A stretch of DNA of 64,000 bases from an uncultured virus (IMG/VR IMGVR_UViG_3300035670_000180). Lineage: Duplodnaviria > Heunggongvirae > Uroviricota > Caudoviricetes. The position numbers were made by a program, and so were the translations under genes. Shown piece after piece: positions 19,788 through 28,349 of the stretch. Within the stretch, counting starts at the first letter, position 1. The number at the start of each line of letters is the position of its first letter. Below the pieces are notes generated by a model that did no database searches, was not told the origin of the DNA, and worked only from the letters and a program-made list of their open reading frames with translations. The DNA lies in the IMG/VR virus record IMGVR_UViG_3300035670_000180. The stretch is one strand, 5' to 3'.

Positions 19788-20684
19788 GTGCTTGATTGTT
19801 ACCCGGAGCATGGCTCCACGGCGCCGTGCCCATCGACGGTTGATGACTGGGCTCGAATCCTCTGCGCGATGCTTCCCCCTGGCTTTGCGTTCGAGGCAGC
19901 TGACCGCCCTGGCACGTACCTAAACGGGCGCGTCAGGGCGGTTGCTCACATCCTACAGCACGAGCACGAGCTCGCCTGCCGACTTCTCCCGGAGTTCGTC
20001 TGCGATACGGCGGACCAGACGCTGCCCGAGTGGTACGCGGACTACGGCATACCCGACGACTGCAACATCAACGACCTTTGCGCCAAGATGACGGCGATAG
20101 GGGACGGCACATGCGCGTCCCTGCAAGACTTGGCGCGGATGCTGCTTGCGGACATCTGCTGCACGGACCTGCCGCCCGAAATCCAGCCGGGGTGCTGGGA
20201 CATGGGCTGCGATCAGATGCCGCCCGAGGTCGAGTGGCTGCACGGCGGGAGCGAGCTGGGCTTTGCGCAGCTGGGGGAATGCCCTGAAGCCGATCTTCGC
20301 GGCTCATCGCTTGGCGTCGAGACGCACAACGCCGACGAAGAGGACTGCAACATCGCTGGCTATTACGAGGAGGATGCAGCGGCCATCCCTCTGGACCCGC
20401 CCTGCGATGACGTGCCGTGCCCGCCATACGCGGTGACCGAGATATCGGGGACGCTGCTGGTCGGCTGCGGCGCCCCTTGGACGCACGAATACACCGGCAC
20501 CGCTTACGTGCTGCTTGTTGGGCTCATGGAGACGAGCCCGATCATGCACCTGCCGGACTGGAATCAGATGGGGTGCATGGAGATGGGCTGCGACCAACTG
20601 TGCGCGCCTGATCTCGAAAGCATTCTCTGCTTTGTCGACCGCCATAGGCACGCACACGTCCGCGTCGTGCGGCAGTATTGCTAG
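19788..20684 (+). CDS. Baseplate wedge protein (Mu gp48/YmfQ-like), Cys-rich
   Basis: MLPPGFAF and LPEWYADYGIPDDC motifs; follows baseplate J. Confidence 0.7.
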   Translation: MLDCYPEHGSTAPCPSTVDDWARILCAMLPPGFAFEAADRPGTYLNGRVRAVAHILQHEHELACRLLPEFVCDTADQTLPEWYADYGIPDDCNINDLCAKMTAIGDGTCASLQDLARMLLADICCTDLPPEIQPGCWDMGCDQMPPEVEWLHGGSELGFAQLGECPEADLRGSSLGVETHNADEEDCNIAGYYEEDAAAIPLDPPCDDVPCPPYAVTEISGTLLVGCGAPWTHEYTGTAYVLLVGLMETSPIMHLPDWNQMGCMEMGCDQLCAPDLESILCFVDRHRHAHVRVVRQYC

Positions 20685-20693
20685 GAGCGCATC

Positions 20694-22835
20694 ATGCACG
20701 GTTGGGGGCCAAACGGGCCAAGGGCTACAACTTCGCGTCCGGCTCAAGGCGCAGACCAGTACGGGCTCCAGACGTGGTTTCAGGACGCATCCGGTCCGGG
20801 CAAAAAGGACGGCACGGTTATCAATGCCGAGTTCCTGAACACCCTGGTCGCCGAGCGGCTGGCGATCCTCGACGCCGCGAGCGCTGCCGACAACACGCTA
20901 TCTTCGACCAGCAACGTCGTCTCCGACACCTTCCTGCTGCGGTGCATCCTGGCGCTCATCGACGCCGGGGTGGTCCAGAATGTCGATGCGGATTACATCG
21001 CGGCCAAGCTCGACGCCGCCATCGGAACGGGCTGGCGCGCATCGCCGCCCGATGCCGGGCAGATTGTGGCCGCCATCGACGGCATGCTTGGGACCGATTG
21101 GCGGGCGCCGATTGGCGTCTCGACTGACGCCGACAACATCTTGGCGAATGGATCAGATGGGCTTGCCTATCTCAATGCTGACGGAGCTGTGTCTGGCATC
21201 ATTGCAGATGCCTCTGCCACGTCGACACTGGCAAGCGGGCTGATCTCTCCTGCTGCTGGCAACGCGCTCACTTCTGACGGGCAAGGACTGTTTGTTGGGT
21301 CTGAATTTTATGTGTCCTCGGGGATTTATGACCCGGCGACCAAGACCATGCGCTTCGCGTACAACACGGCATCGAAGCCAGACATCATTGTCGATGTGAG
21401 CTCAATTCTAGGTGTCTCGTCGGATGCCGGGAACAGGCTTACGGTCGGCGCGGACGGCAAGGCAACGCTCGCTCCATCTGCCATCGCGACCATCGCTGAC
21501 TTCGATGTAAATAACGGCGCCGAGACGAGCGACCTTCTCCTGACCGTTCAGTCCATCGCTCCGCTTCTGCGATACGACTCGGCGAACAGCATCTTTGCAT
21601 TTGGGACGAGCGCTGCGGAGGGCGCGACGGGCACCCAAGTCTCCGCGAGCGGCTACGCTGCGGCATACCAGAACTCCGGCAGCAACGTCTCCGCGAGCGG
21701 CTGGGCTGCAGCCTACCAGAACACCGGCAGCCAAGTCTCCGCGAGCGGATGGAACGCCGCCCAGTCAAACAGCGGCAACAATGTCTCCGCGAGCGGCGGG
21801 TACGCCGCCCAGTCAAACAGCGGCAACAATGTCTCTGCGACCGGCGGGTACGCGGCGCAGCAGAACACCGGGGACAACGTCTCCGCGAGCGGCTGGGCTG
21901 CGGCGTACCAGAACACTGGCAACACCGTCTCGGCGAGCGGCTGGTTCGCGGCTCGGCTGAACACTGGCAACTTCGTCTCGGCCGACGGGTACTACGCAGC
22001 ATACAGCAATAGCGGCAGCATCGTCTCTGCAACAGGTGCTCAGGCCGCGTACCTGAACTCCGGCGACAACATCTCTGCGGATGGATACTACGCCGCGCGA
22101 GAGAACACCGGAGACAATGTCTCGGCTGCGGGGTGGAACGCCGCGCGAGAGAACGCCGGCAATTTCGTCTCGGCTGCGGGGTGGAACGCCGCGCGAGAGA
22201 ACACCGGCAACAACGTCGACGCCTTTGGCTACTACGCCGGATTTCAGAATACGTTCAGCAACGTCACATTGCTTGGCAAGCTGAGCGCTGCAACTGCGAA
22301 TAACCAAGCAGTCCTTGGCGGTCCTACGCAGACGCCGGTAGGCTACGCGCCGTTCGCGTCTATCTCTGACGCGCGCGACAAGCTGATCGACGACGGGTAC
22401 GACCAGACCAATCGCGGCCTGCCTCTGCTGCTCGCGTTGACGCCACGAGCGTACCGACTCAACCCGCGTGCGCGGTACGTGGATCGGGAGATTGTCACCG
22501 TCGATGGGGGCAACGATGACGGTACGCCGTCTACGCAGCTTGTGGTAACGCAGGTTGAGAATGACGGCAGCCGCGCGGACCCGCATCGCAGCTTCGCGTT
22601 CATCGCCCAGGACGTGAGGGACACGGCGCTCGCGTTCGGATTGCAGCCCGCCGAGGTCGGCGTGATCGACACCGCAGATGCGGGCGGAGACGGCACGCTC
22701 CTGTTCAGCCCTGAACGGCTCGTCGGCGATATCGTCCTCGCCATCAAGACGCTATCGGAGCGAGCTGATGCTGTATCCAGCACATTGAGCGTAAATTACG
22801 CTGCCATGCTTGATGAGGCATTGTCAGCCGCTTGA
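20694..22835 (+). CDS. Tail fibre with 16-aa repeats and probable C-terminal intramolecular chaperone
   Basis: DGTVINAEFLN anchor motif; SDARDK...LTPRAYRL...FIAQDV chaperone-like (peptidase S74) motifs. Confidence 0.8.
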   Translation: MHGWGPNGPRATTSRPAQGADQYGLQTWFQDASGPGKKDGTVINAEFLNTLVAERLAILDAASAADNTLSSTSNVVSDTFLLRCILALIDAGVVQNVDADYIAAKLDAAIGTGWRASPPDAGQIVAAIDGMLGTDWRAPIGVSTDADNILANGSDGLAYLNADGAVSGIIADASATSTLASGLISPAAGNALTSDGQGLFVGSEFYVSSGIYDPATKTMRFAYNTASKPDIIVDVSSILGVSSDAGNRLTVGADGKATLAPSAIATIADFDVNNGAETSDLLLTVQSIAPLLRYDSANSIFAFGTSAAEGATGTQVSASGYAAAYQNSGSNVSASGWAAAYQNTGSQVSASGWNAAQSNSGNNVSASGGYAAQSNSGNNVSATGGYAAQQNTGDNVSASGWAAAYQNTGNTVSASGWFAARLNTGNFVSADGYYAAYSNSGSIVSATGAQAAYLNSGDNISADGYYAARENTGDNVSAAGWNAARENAGNFVSAAGWNAARENTGNNVDAFGYYAGFQNTFSNVTLLGKLSAATANNQAVLGGPTQTPVGYAPFASISDARDKLIDDGYDQTNRGLPLLLALTPRAYRLNPRARYVDREIVTVDGGNDDGTPSTQLVVTQVENDGSRADPHRSFAFIAQDVRDTALAFGLQPAEVGVIDTADAGGDGTLLFSPERLVGDIVLAIKTLSERADAVSSTLSVNYAAMLDEALSAA
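21630..22253 (+). repeat. 13 tandem 48-bp repeats encoding GxxVSAxGxxAAxxNx
   Basis: Counted directly in the tail fibre translation. Confidence 0.9.
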
Positions 22836-22852
22836 GTTCGGAAGGCAATCCC

Positions 22853-23305
22853 ATGAACGAGCAACTGATTGCCCTCGTTGCCAGAGTCAGCACGGAGTTC
22901 CGCACGCTGCGGGCCATGCTGACCGGGAGCTTCACGGGGGATACATCGAGCCTGGAAACGGCGGCGAAGAACATCGTCGGCGCCATCAATGAGGTCCGGC
23001 TGGTCGCCATCCAGGCGGGCGTCATCAACGACAACGACGTTTCGTCCGCGACGGTCTGGTCGTCTCACAAGACGCTGTCGGCCATCCAAGACACATGCAC
23101 CGCGATCATCAACGGCACCGGTGCGGCCGGAGCGCTTCAAGACATCGCGTTGATCGTTGCCGACGATCCAGACTTCTTCCGCGAGCTGGGTGGCAGGCTC
23201 GACGCACTGACGGATGAGGTCGGCGCCATCCAGGTCAGCCTGTCCGAGATCGGCGTCTCCAGCACCGACTTCGTCGCCGTCTTCAACAACTCGCTCAACG
23301 ATTGA
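22853..23305 (+). CDS. Virion protein, paralogue family member 4 (no central domain)
   Basis: EFRTLR...KNIVGAINEVR...VWSSHKT; ends DFVAVFNNSLND. Confidence 0.7.
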   Translation: MNEQLIALVARVSTEFRTLRAMLTGSFTGDTSSLETAAKNIVGAINEVRLVAIQAGVINDNDVSSATVWSSHKTLSAIQDTCTAIINGTGAAGALQDIALIVADDPDFFRELGGRLDALTDEVGAIQVSLSEIGVSSTDFVAVFNNSLND

Positions 23306-23314
23306 GGATCAACC

Positions 23315-23614
23315 ATGGGTTTCGGACCCCTCGGCCCTCGGGCCACAACCGTTCGCCCGAGCGCGGACCCCGATAGCTATGCGGGCGCGGAGACGTGGTT
23401 CAAGAACTGCTCCGGTCCTGGCGCCTCGGATGGCACCGTGCCTACCGCGTCCTTCTTCAATTGGTATGTCGGTATGTTCGCGTATGCCGCCGCCCAGGCT
23501 GGCCTCGCTGTCGCCAACGACCAGACGGATGACACCCACCTGTGGGACATCATCCAGCTGGCGATCACCCAGCGGCTCGCTGCCTTCACGCAGCCTGCTG
23601 GAACATTCTTCTGA
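23315..23614 (+). CDS. Stand-alone paralogue of the tail fibre N-terminal domain
   Basis: GFGPLGPRATTVRP...TWFKNCSGPGASDGTV matches GWGPNGPRATTSRP...TWFQDASGPGKKDGTV of 20694. Confidence 0.7.
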   Translation: MGFGPLGPRATTVRPSADPDSYAGAETWFKNCSGPGASDGTVPTASFFNWYVGMFAYAAAQAGLAVANDQTDDTHLWDIIQLAITQRLAAFTQPAGTFF

Positions 23615-23625
23615 GGGGACTTTGA

Positions 23626-24531
23626 ATGTCTGCACTGAACATCAACGGGCAGCGGTTCGTGCTGGCTAACAGCACCTCGCCGCTCAACAACGAAATCTAC
23701 TGGCCGCTGGACGTGATGGCGCGGTGCATGCAGTCCATCGCCCTGCTCGAGATCGTAGCCAGCGCGACGGCGCCTGCGGATACGTCCGTCATCTGGTACC
23801 GGCCGGATGGGTCTTCGGCTGCGAACGGGCGCTACTACTATCACGACGGCGCCAATTGGATCACGCCGCTCACGCCGCGCGGTGTGTTCTACCACCTGCT
23901 GAGCAAGAGCGGGTACGTCCCGCGTCTCACCGATGGCGATTACGGCGACATTACCGTATCTGGCGGCGGCACCGTCATGAGCATCGATCCCAATGCGGTG
24001 GCGGCTCCCGAGCTTGCTGCAACGGGCGTCACTGCCGGGTCGTACACCGCAGCCAACATCACGGTCGATGCTGATGGCCGGATCACGGCAGCAGCGAATG
24101 GCGCCACGGGTAGTGGGCTTGCCAATGGCGACTACGGCGATGTGATCGTCGGGGGCGGCGGCACAACGATGACGCTTGATACGACCGGTGTCACGGCGGG
24201 GGCGTACACCTCGCCGAACATCACGGTCGATGCCAAGGGGCGCGTCACGGCTATCGCAAGCGGGACAGCAAGCGGACTTACTGTCCCTGATGTCACCGGG
24301 ACCGGCGTCGGCGCGCTCATCCTGACAACTTACAATCCAGACCCATATAACGACGGAAACTATGTCCCATTTCCACTGGGTCGCGGGGCGTCTCTGACAT
24401 GCACAGCACCCATAGAAGTGTCATCCGGAGGTCGGGTTATATACAATAACGCCTTCGTTGTGGGCGGCGTCTATACCATTCTTGGCAGCGGCGCAGATGG
24501 CCTTTCTTTCCTATTCGTCCGCACCGCTTGA
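23626..24531 (+). CDS. Fibre-like protein with duplicated GDYGD...TGVTAG.YT..NITVDA.GR.TA module
   Basis: Internal ~52-aa duplication; G/T-rich. Confidence 0.65.
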   Translation: MSALNINGQRFVLANSTSPLNNEIYWPLDVMARCMQSIALLEIVASATAPADTSVIWYRPDGSSAANGRYYYHDGANWITPLTPRGVFYHLLSKSGYVPRLTDGDYGDITVSGGGTVMSIDPNAVAAPELAATGVTAGSYTAANITVDADGRITAAANGATGSGLANGDYGDVIVGGGGTTMTLDTTGVTAGAYTSPNITVDAKGRVTAIASGTASGLTVPDVTGTGVGALILTTYNPDPYNDGNYVPFPLGRGASLTCTAPIEVSSGGRVIYNNAFVVGGVYTILGSGADGLSFLFVRTA

Positions 24532-24553
24532 TCACTCGCCAAAGGGGGACACT

Positions 24554-25342
24554 ATGGCGATCCACGAAGACGCTATCGACCTGATGCAATACTTCACCGG
24601 GTGCGCGCATGTCGCCTATGCGTGCCCGTCTCACATCTCGCACGGCGGCCAATGGCCATACATGACCATCGGCTACGGCCACTCCGGGCCGAACGTCAAT
24701 CCGGGGATGCGGATCACATCGGGCGAGGCACGCGACCTGCTGGCGCGCGACCTCGCGAATGTGGAGGCATACGTCACATCGGCAATCAAGGTCCCGCTGG
24801 AGCCGCATCAATTCGGCGCGCTCTGCTCGCTGGTGATGCACATCAAGCCGACGCTGTTCGCAACGTCGCAGGTGCTGGCGATCATCAACACGGGGCGGTT
24901 CGGCGCCCTGAACGCCGAAGCTGCTCGCGCCGGGAACCTCGATAGCCTGGATGGCCTTGCCCGTGCCTGGGCGCAGTATCGCGAGATCGCATCGGGCGAC
25001 AACGCGCAGGCTCTGGCGCCGCTCGTTGCCCGCCGCGCCTGCGAACTTGAGCTGTTCTTCTACGGCCGCTGGACGCCGCCGCACGCGATGATGATGCCCC
25101 AGCTGCTTGTCGATCCCGAGCCGCCCGTCGAGATGTTCGCGGACGGCATGCGCAGCTCCGACGTCGAGGCGCTGCACGATGCTCTGGCGGCAGCCGGGTT
25201 CCCGACGACCTGCCAGGACGCCTACACCTGGGTGACGGCCCAGGCGGTGCGCGCGTTTCAGGAGAAGCACGGGCTCGAGCCCGATGGCGTTTACGGGCCG
25301 CAGACGGCGCGCAAACTGAATGAAGTCCTCAACTGGAACTGA
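24554..25342 (+). CDS. GH24 lysozyme-like protein with C-terminal peptidoglycan-binding domain (catalytic Glu apparently absent)
   Basis: TIGYGH, QFGALCS, LVARRACE motifs; TAQAVRAFQEKHGLEPDGVYGPQT PG-binding motif; FTG where FEG is expected. Confidence 0.75.
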   Translation: MAIHEDAIDLMQYFTGCAHVAYACPSHISHGGQWPYMTIGYGHSGPNVNPGMRITSGEARDLLARDLANVEAYVTSAIKVPLEPHQFGALCSLVMHIKPTLFATSQVLAIINTGRFGALNAEAARAGNLDSLDGLARAWAQYREIASGDNAQALAPLVARRACELELFFYGRWTPPHAMMMPQLLVDPEPPVEMFADGMRSSDVEALHDALAAAGFPTTCQDAYTWVTAQAVRAFQEKHGLEPDGVYGPQTARKLNEVLNWN

Positions 25343-25525
25343 AGGAGAGCATGATGCGCACGATCTCGCATGCCGCTTGTTTCCAGCATCTAAGCCCACG
25401 AGATCGCCCACCGACGCCGCAACGCCTCGCTCCGCCACGAGCGTGAGCGGGCAAACAAATAGCCGCCCAGGACGAACCTGGGCGGCCACATATCCTCGCG
25501 GGCTTGGCGGCTGCTGCGAGGTTCC

Positions 25526-25574
25526 GGCCCCGGCCCGGCGCGTCATCCCCCTCGCGCCGGGCCGGGGCCTTTTT
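25526..25574. terminator. Long hairpin terminator where late (+) and early (-) transcription converge
   Basis: 17-bp perfect stem GGCCCCGGCCCGGCGCG / CGCGCCGGGCCGGGGCC followed by TTTTT. Confidence 0.7.
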
Positions 25575-25920
25575 GCGTTTCGGCTGCGGCTTCGGATCGC
25601 TTGGCCGTCGTCCATGCACGCCGGTAGATAGCCAATAGGGCCTCGCGTTCAAGCTCCAGGCACGCGCGGCTGATGGACATATGGGCCATCAGGTTCGCGG
25701 CGATGTCGAGGTGCCCGAATGCGGCGATCACGTCCCGGCGCTCGTACATCAGGCGCTCCGGTATGCCTGCCGCGTTGAAGATCGCGCCGATGGCGTCGTA
25801 GCGATCCCGTTTGCGAGCCTTGGGCGGTGGCCCATCGCGGAAGATCAAGGCCGCCGCCTGGAGCAGCGCGGCGACCTCGCCGGTATCAGGAGACGACGAC
25901 GTAATAGTGCGGGATTGCAT
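25543..25920 (-). CDS. Hypothetical protein
   Basis: Last ORF of the leftward operon, RBS-like GGA upstream, plausible composition. Confidence 0.5.
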   Translation of the reverse strand: MQSRTITSSSPDTGEVAALLQAAALIFRDGPPPKARKRDRYDAIGAIFNAAGIPERLMYERRDVIAAFGHLDIAANLMAHMSISRACLELEREALLAIYRRAWTTAKRSEAAAETQKGPGPARGG

Positions 25921-26122
25921 TGGGGCCGCCCGATCCTGTTCCAGCCAGATATGCCCGCCCCTTGATCTTCTCCTTGCCGATCACGACGGCCATCTCGTCG
26001 TTGAAGATCGACACGCCATCGCCCGCGTACATGACGTAGGTCCAGGCGATGGAGTACATCCCGCCCTGGCTTTCAAAGAGGGCGAGCCGTTTCGTGTGCG
26101 GGATATCCGCGAAGTCGCGCAT
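25886..26122 (-). CDS. Hypothetical protein
   Basis: RBS TAAGGA before ATG. Confidence 0.55.
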   Translation of the reverse strand: MRDFADIPHTKRLALFESQGGMYSIAWTYVMYAGDGVSIFNDEMAVVIGKEKIKGRAYLAGTGSGGPNAIPHYYVVVS

Positions 26123-26132
26123 CGGCGTATCC

Positions 26133-26262
26133 TTAAAGGTCAGCCGGGACGACGTAGACCCGCGTCAGCCTCGCGTTGCTCTTCGGCCCCCGCATCGGGA
26201 CCAGCTTGTCTGTCGGCAGCAGATACGGCCGGGTCCCGTCCTTCGGGTAGAGCAGCTGGGCA
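26133..26262 (-). pseudogene. Orphan 3' end of the gene at 27590..27925 (displaced allele; also the TnpB guide source)
   Basis: Translates AQLLYPKDGTRPYLLPTDKLVPMRGPKSNARLTRVYVVPADL*, 32/42 aa identical to the C-terminus of 27590..27925. Confidence 0.85.
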
Positions 26263-26450
26263 CTGACATGCTCTCCGGCCTTCAGGCCGGAGGTTCCCAA
26301 TTTGGCGCTCATTGCGAGCCCTCCGTGGGTTGCTTCCTCTTGCCGACGCGCTTAATCCGCGTTCGCTTGGGAGGCTCTACGGCCAAAGTCCTGGCCTGGA
26401 GAATGTTCTTCGCTGCGTTGATGTCCGCGTGGGCACAATGTCCGCACGCA
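26243..26450 (-). ncRNA. TnpB omegaRNA/reRNA (scaffold overlapping tnpB 3' end; guide from 26262 downward, TGCCCAGCTGCTCTACCCGA); 5' limit approximate
   Basis: Established TnpB architecture applied to the visible right-end hairpin and TCAG end. Confidence 0.6.
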
Positions 26451-27588
26451 ATGCAACGGAACTCGGACTGGCTGCAACGGCTCGCAGCGTCGACCACGCC
26501 GCACTCCGAGCAGGTCTGGCTGGTGTATGCAGCGGACACCTCTTCGAGGCGTCCACCACGTTCCGCCAGCTTCCAGACGAGCATGGTCCTAAACATGGAC
26601 CAGCCCTGGTCGAGGATAGACTTGTTGAGCCCGGCCTTGGCGCGCACGTTGCGGCCCGGCTCCTCAATCGTCCCCTTCGCGCTCGCAGACATGCCCCGCA
26701 CGTTCAACTTCTCGACTTTCACCACGCCTTGGCTCTCGGCGATGATCGTCGACTGCTTGTGCAGATAGTCTTTCCGAGCGTTCGCCGCGTGCGAATGCAG
26801 GCGGCTGATCTTGGCCTTCAGCTTGCGCCAATTGGCCGAGAATTTCGTCTTGCGAGCGAGGCGACGTTGTAGCTTCGCCAGCTTTGCCTCGATGCGCCGA
26901 AACGAGTTGAGCGGCTCAATCTTGCTGCCGTCCGACAGAGCTGCGAACACGGCCACGCCGCGGTCGATGCCGATGGCGGGACCATTCTTAGGTGCCGGAT
27001 CAGGGATCTCGCGCTGCCATTGGATGGCTGCATACCAGTGCCCGGCCTTGCGCCGGATCGTGACGTTGCGCAGCTCGCCGCCGAGCGGTCGCCAGTCCCG
27101 ACACCTGACCCATCCCAGCTTCGGAACCTTGATTGCGCCCATCCGCTTCGATAGGCGCTTGAAGCCAAGGTAGCTTGGGTCTGGCAGACGGAACGTGTCG
27201 TCGCGCTCCTTCTGTCGCGGCCTGGGGTAGCCACCCAGCTTCGCAAAGAAGCGCTGATATGCTGTGTCGAGATCGCGGAGCGCCTGCTGCAACGCATGCA
27301 CCGGAACGGCGGCCAGCCAATCGAACGCTGCGCGAGCCTCTGTGATCTCTCGTGCCTGCTGGACATAGGACAGCTTCGCGTGTCGATGCCAATCGCGTCG
27401 CTGCTCCAGGCCGCAGTTGTAAACGAAGCGACACGCGCCAGCCCACTGAGCAAACGCGATGGCCTGCTCCGGTGTCGGCTCAAGCCGATAAAGGTTGGCG
27501 CGTCGGACTAGCATTTGCTGTGTGGCTCCATCTGGTGGCCGACGCTTGCCCCGCCCTGAAGGGCAGGGTTTGCGCGCGGGCAACATTG
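26263..27588 (-). mobile_element. Non-autonomous IS200/IS605-family element (tnpB only)
   Basis: Left end CAA... with subterminal hairpin CCCTGCCCTTCAGGGCGGGG (~27549-27568); right-end hairpin CTCCGGCCTGAAGGCCGGAG ending ...GCATGTCAG; no tnpA. Confidence 0.85.
26309..27514 (-). CDS. tnpB: RNA-guided endonuclease TnpB
   Basis: YRLEPTPEQ...CRFVYN N-terminus; RuvC-I IGIDRG, RuvC-II VEKL, zinc finger CSECG/CIACG, RuvC-III ADINAAKNI; all three catalytic acids present. Confidence 0.95.
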   Translation of the reverse strand: MLVRRANLYRLEPTPEQAIAFAQWAGACRFVYNCGLEQRRDWHRHAKLSYVQQAREITEARAAFDWLAAVPVHALQQALRDLDTAYQRFFAKLGGYPRPRQKERDDTFRLPDPSYLGFKRLSKRMGAIKVPKLGWVRCRDWRPLGGELRNVTIRRKAGHWYAAIQWQREIPDPAPKNGPAIGIDRGVAVFAALSDGSKIEPLNSFRRIEAKLAKLQRRLARKTKFSANWRKLKAKISRLHSHAANARKDYLHKQSTIIAESQGVVKVEKLNVRGMSASAKGTIEEPGRNVRAKAGLNKSILDQGWSMFRTMLVWKLAERGGRLEEVSAAYTSQTCSECGVVDAASRCSQSEFRCIACGHCAHADINAAKNILQARTLAVEPPKRTRIKRVGKRKQPTEGSQ

Positions 27589-27589
27589 A

Positions 27590-27925
27590 TCACAGATCCC
27601 TCGGAACGACGTAGACCCGCGTCACGCGTGCGTTGGACTTCGGTCCCCGCATGGGGACAAACCGGTCCGTCGCGATCAGGTATGGCCGCGTCCCGTCGCG
27701 GGGGTGCTGCAATTGATTGATCAACGCGCCCCATGCGTTGTGATGGGGCGGATTGATGCCAAGCTCGGCGCAACGCAGGCGGATGTCCTCGCCGGTCACC
27801 TCCTGGCCGCGCATCGTGCGCACGACCAGCCGGGCGAGCGTCTGCCAGTCCACGCCCGCGCTATCGAGCACCTTGCGCATCGCGTCTCGCTTGGCGCCGA
27901 GCGCGAGTTTCAGTTGCTCGCTCAT
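27590..27925 (-). CDS. Hypothetical phage protein (TnpB target gene, with replacement 3' end)
   Basis: ATGA-coupled to upstream gene; TGEDIR...PPHHNAWGAL motif; contains TTGAT at 27724-27720. Confidence 0.75.
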   Translation of the reverse strand: MSEQLKLALGAKRDAMRKVLDSAGVDWQTLARLVVRTMRGQEVTGEDIRLRCAELGINPPHHNAWGALINQLQHPRDGTRPYLIATDRFVPMRGPKSNARVTRVYVVPRDL

Positions 27926-28344
27926 GCCGCATCCACCAGATCGTCGCTGTCATTGATCACTATCTTGGCGTCAGGAAATGCTTCCATGAGCATCTTGGCC
28001 GCCTCGCCGCCCAGGGCCGCAGCGAACGCTTGCGGGTTCTTCTCGGCGGCATCCAGCACGTCCAGCGCCAGCTTGACGCGATGCAGGCCGCCTCGCGCAT
28101 CCAGACGCTCGCGCAGCTTCAGCAGCGTCTCCACAGACGTGTCCGCCTTGGCGATGGCGTTGTAGTCCTTGTAGGCGCGGAAGAGCGGCCCAAACTGCGC
28201 AACGGCTCGGTCCGCTGACATCTGCCCGCTATCGATCCGGGCCGTGTAGACTTTCACGCGCATGTTCATCTCACGCGACAGCTCGGCGAGCACTTCCTGC
28301 GTCGTGATCGGCTGAGTGTCGATCTCCCTGGGTCTCCAAGACAT
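27922..28344 (-). CDS. Hypothetical protein
   Basis: ELSREMNMRVKVY...SGQMS motif common in small phage proteins; operon packing. Confidence 0.6.
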   Translation of the reverse strand: MSWRPREIDTQPITTQEVLAELSREMNMRVKVYTARIDSGQMSADRAVAQFGPLFRAYKDYNAIAKADTSVETLLKLRERLDARGGLHRVKLALDVLDAAEKNPQAFAAALGGEAAKMLMEAFPDAKIVINDSDDLVDAA

Positions 28345-28349
28345 GCTGC

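Noticed and set aside
21630..22253. Diversity-generating retroelement acting on the tail fibre
   Set aside because: No reverse transcriptase in the window and no template/variable repeat pair differing only at adenines.
26263..27588. IStron (group I intron-TnpB) because the right end is TCAG
   Set aside because: Only ~75 nt lie between the left end and the tnpB start, too little for a group I intron core.
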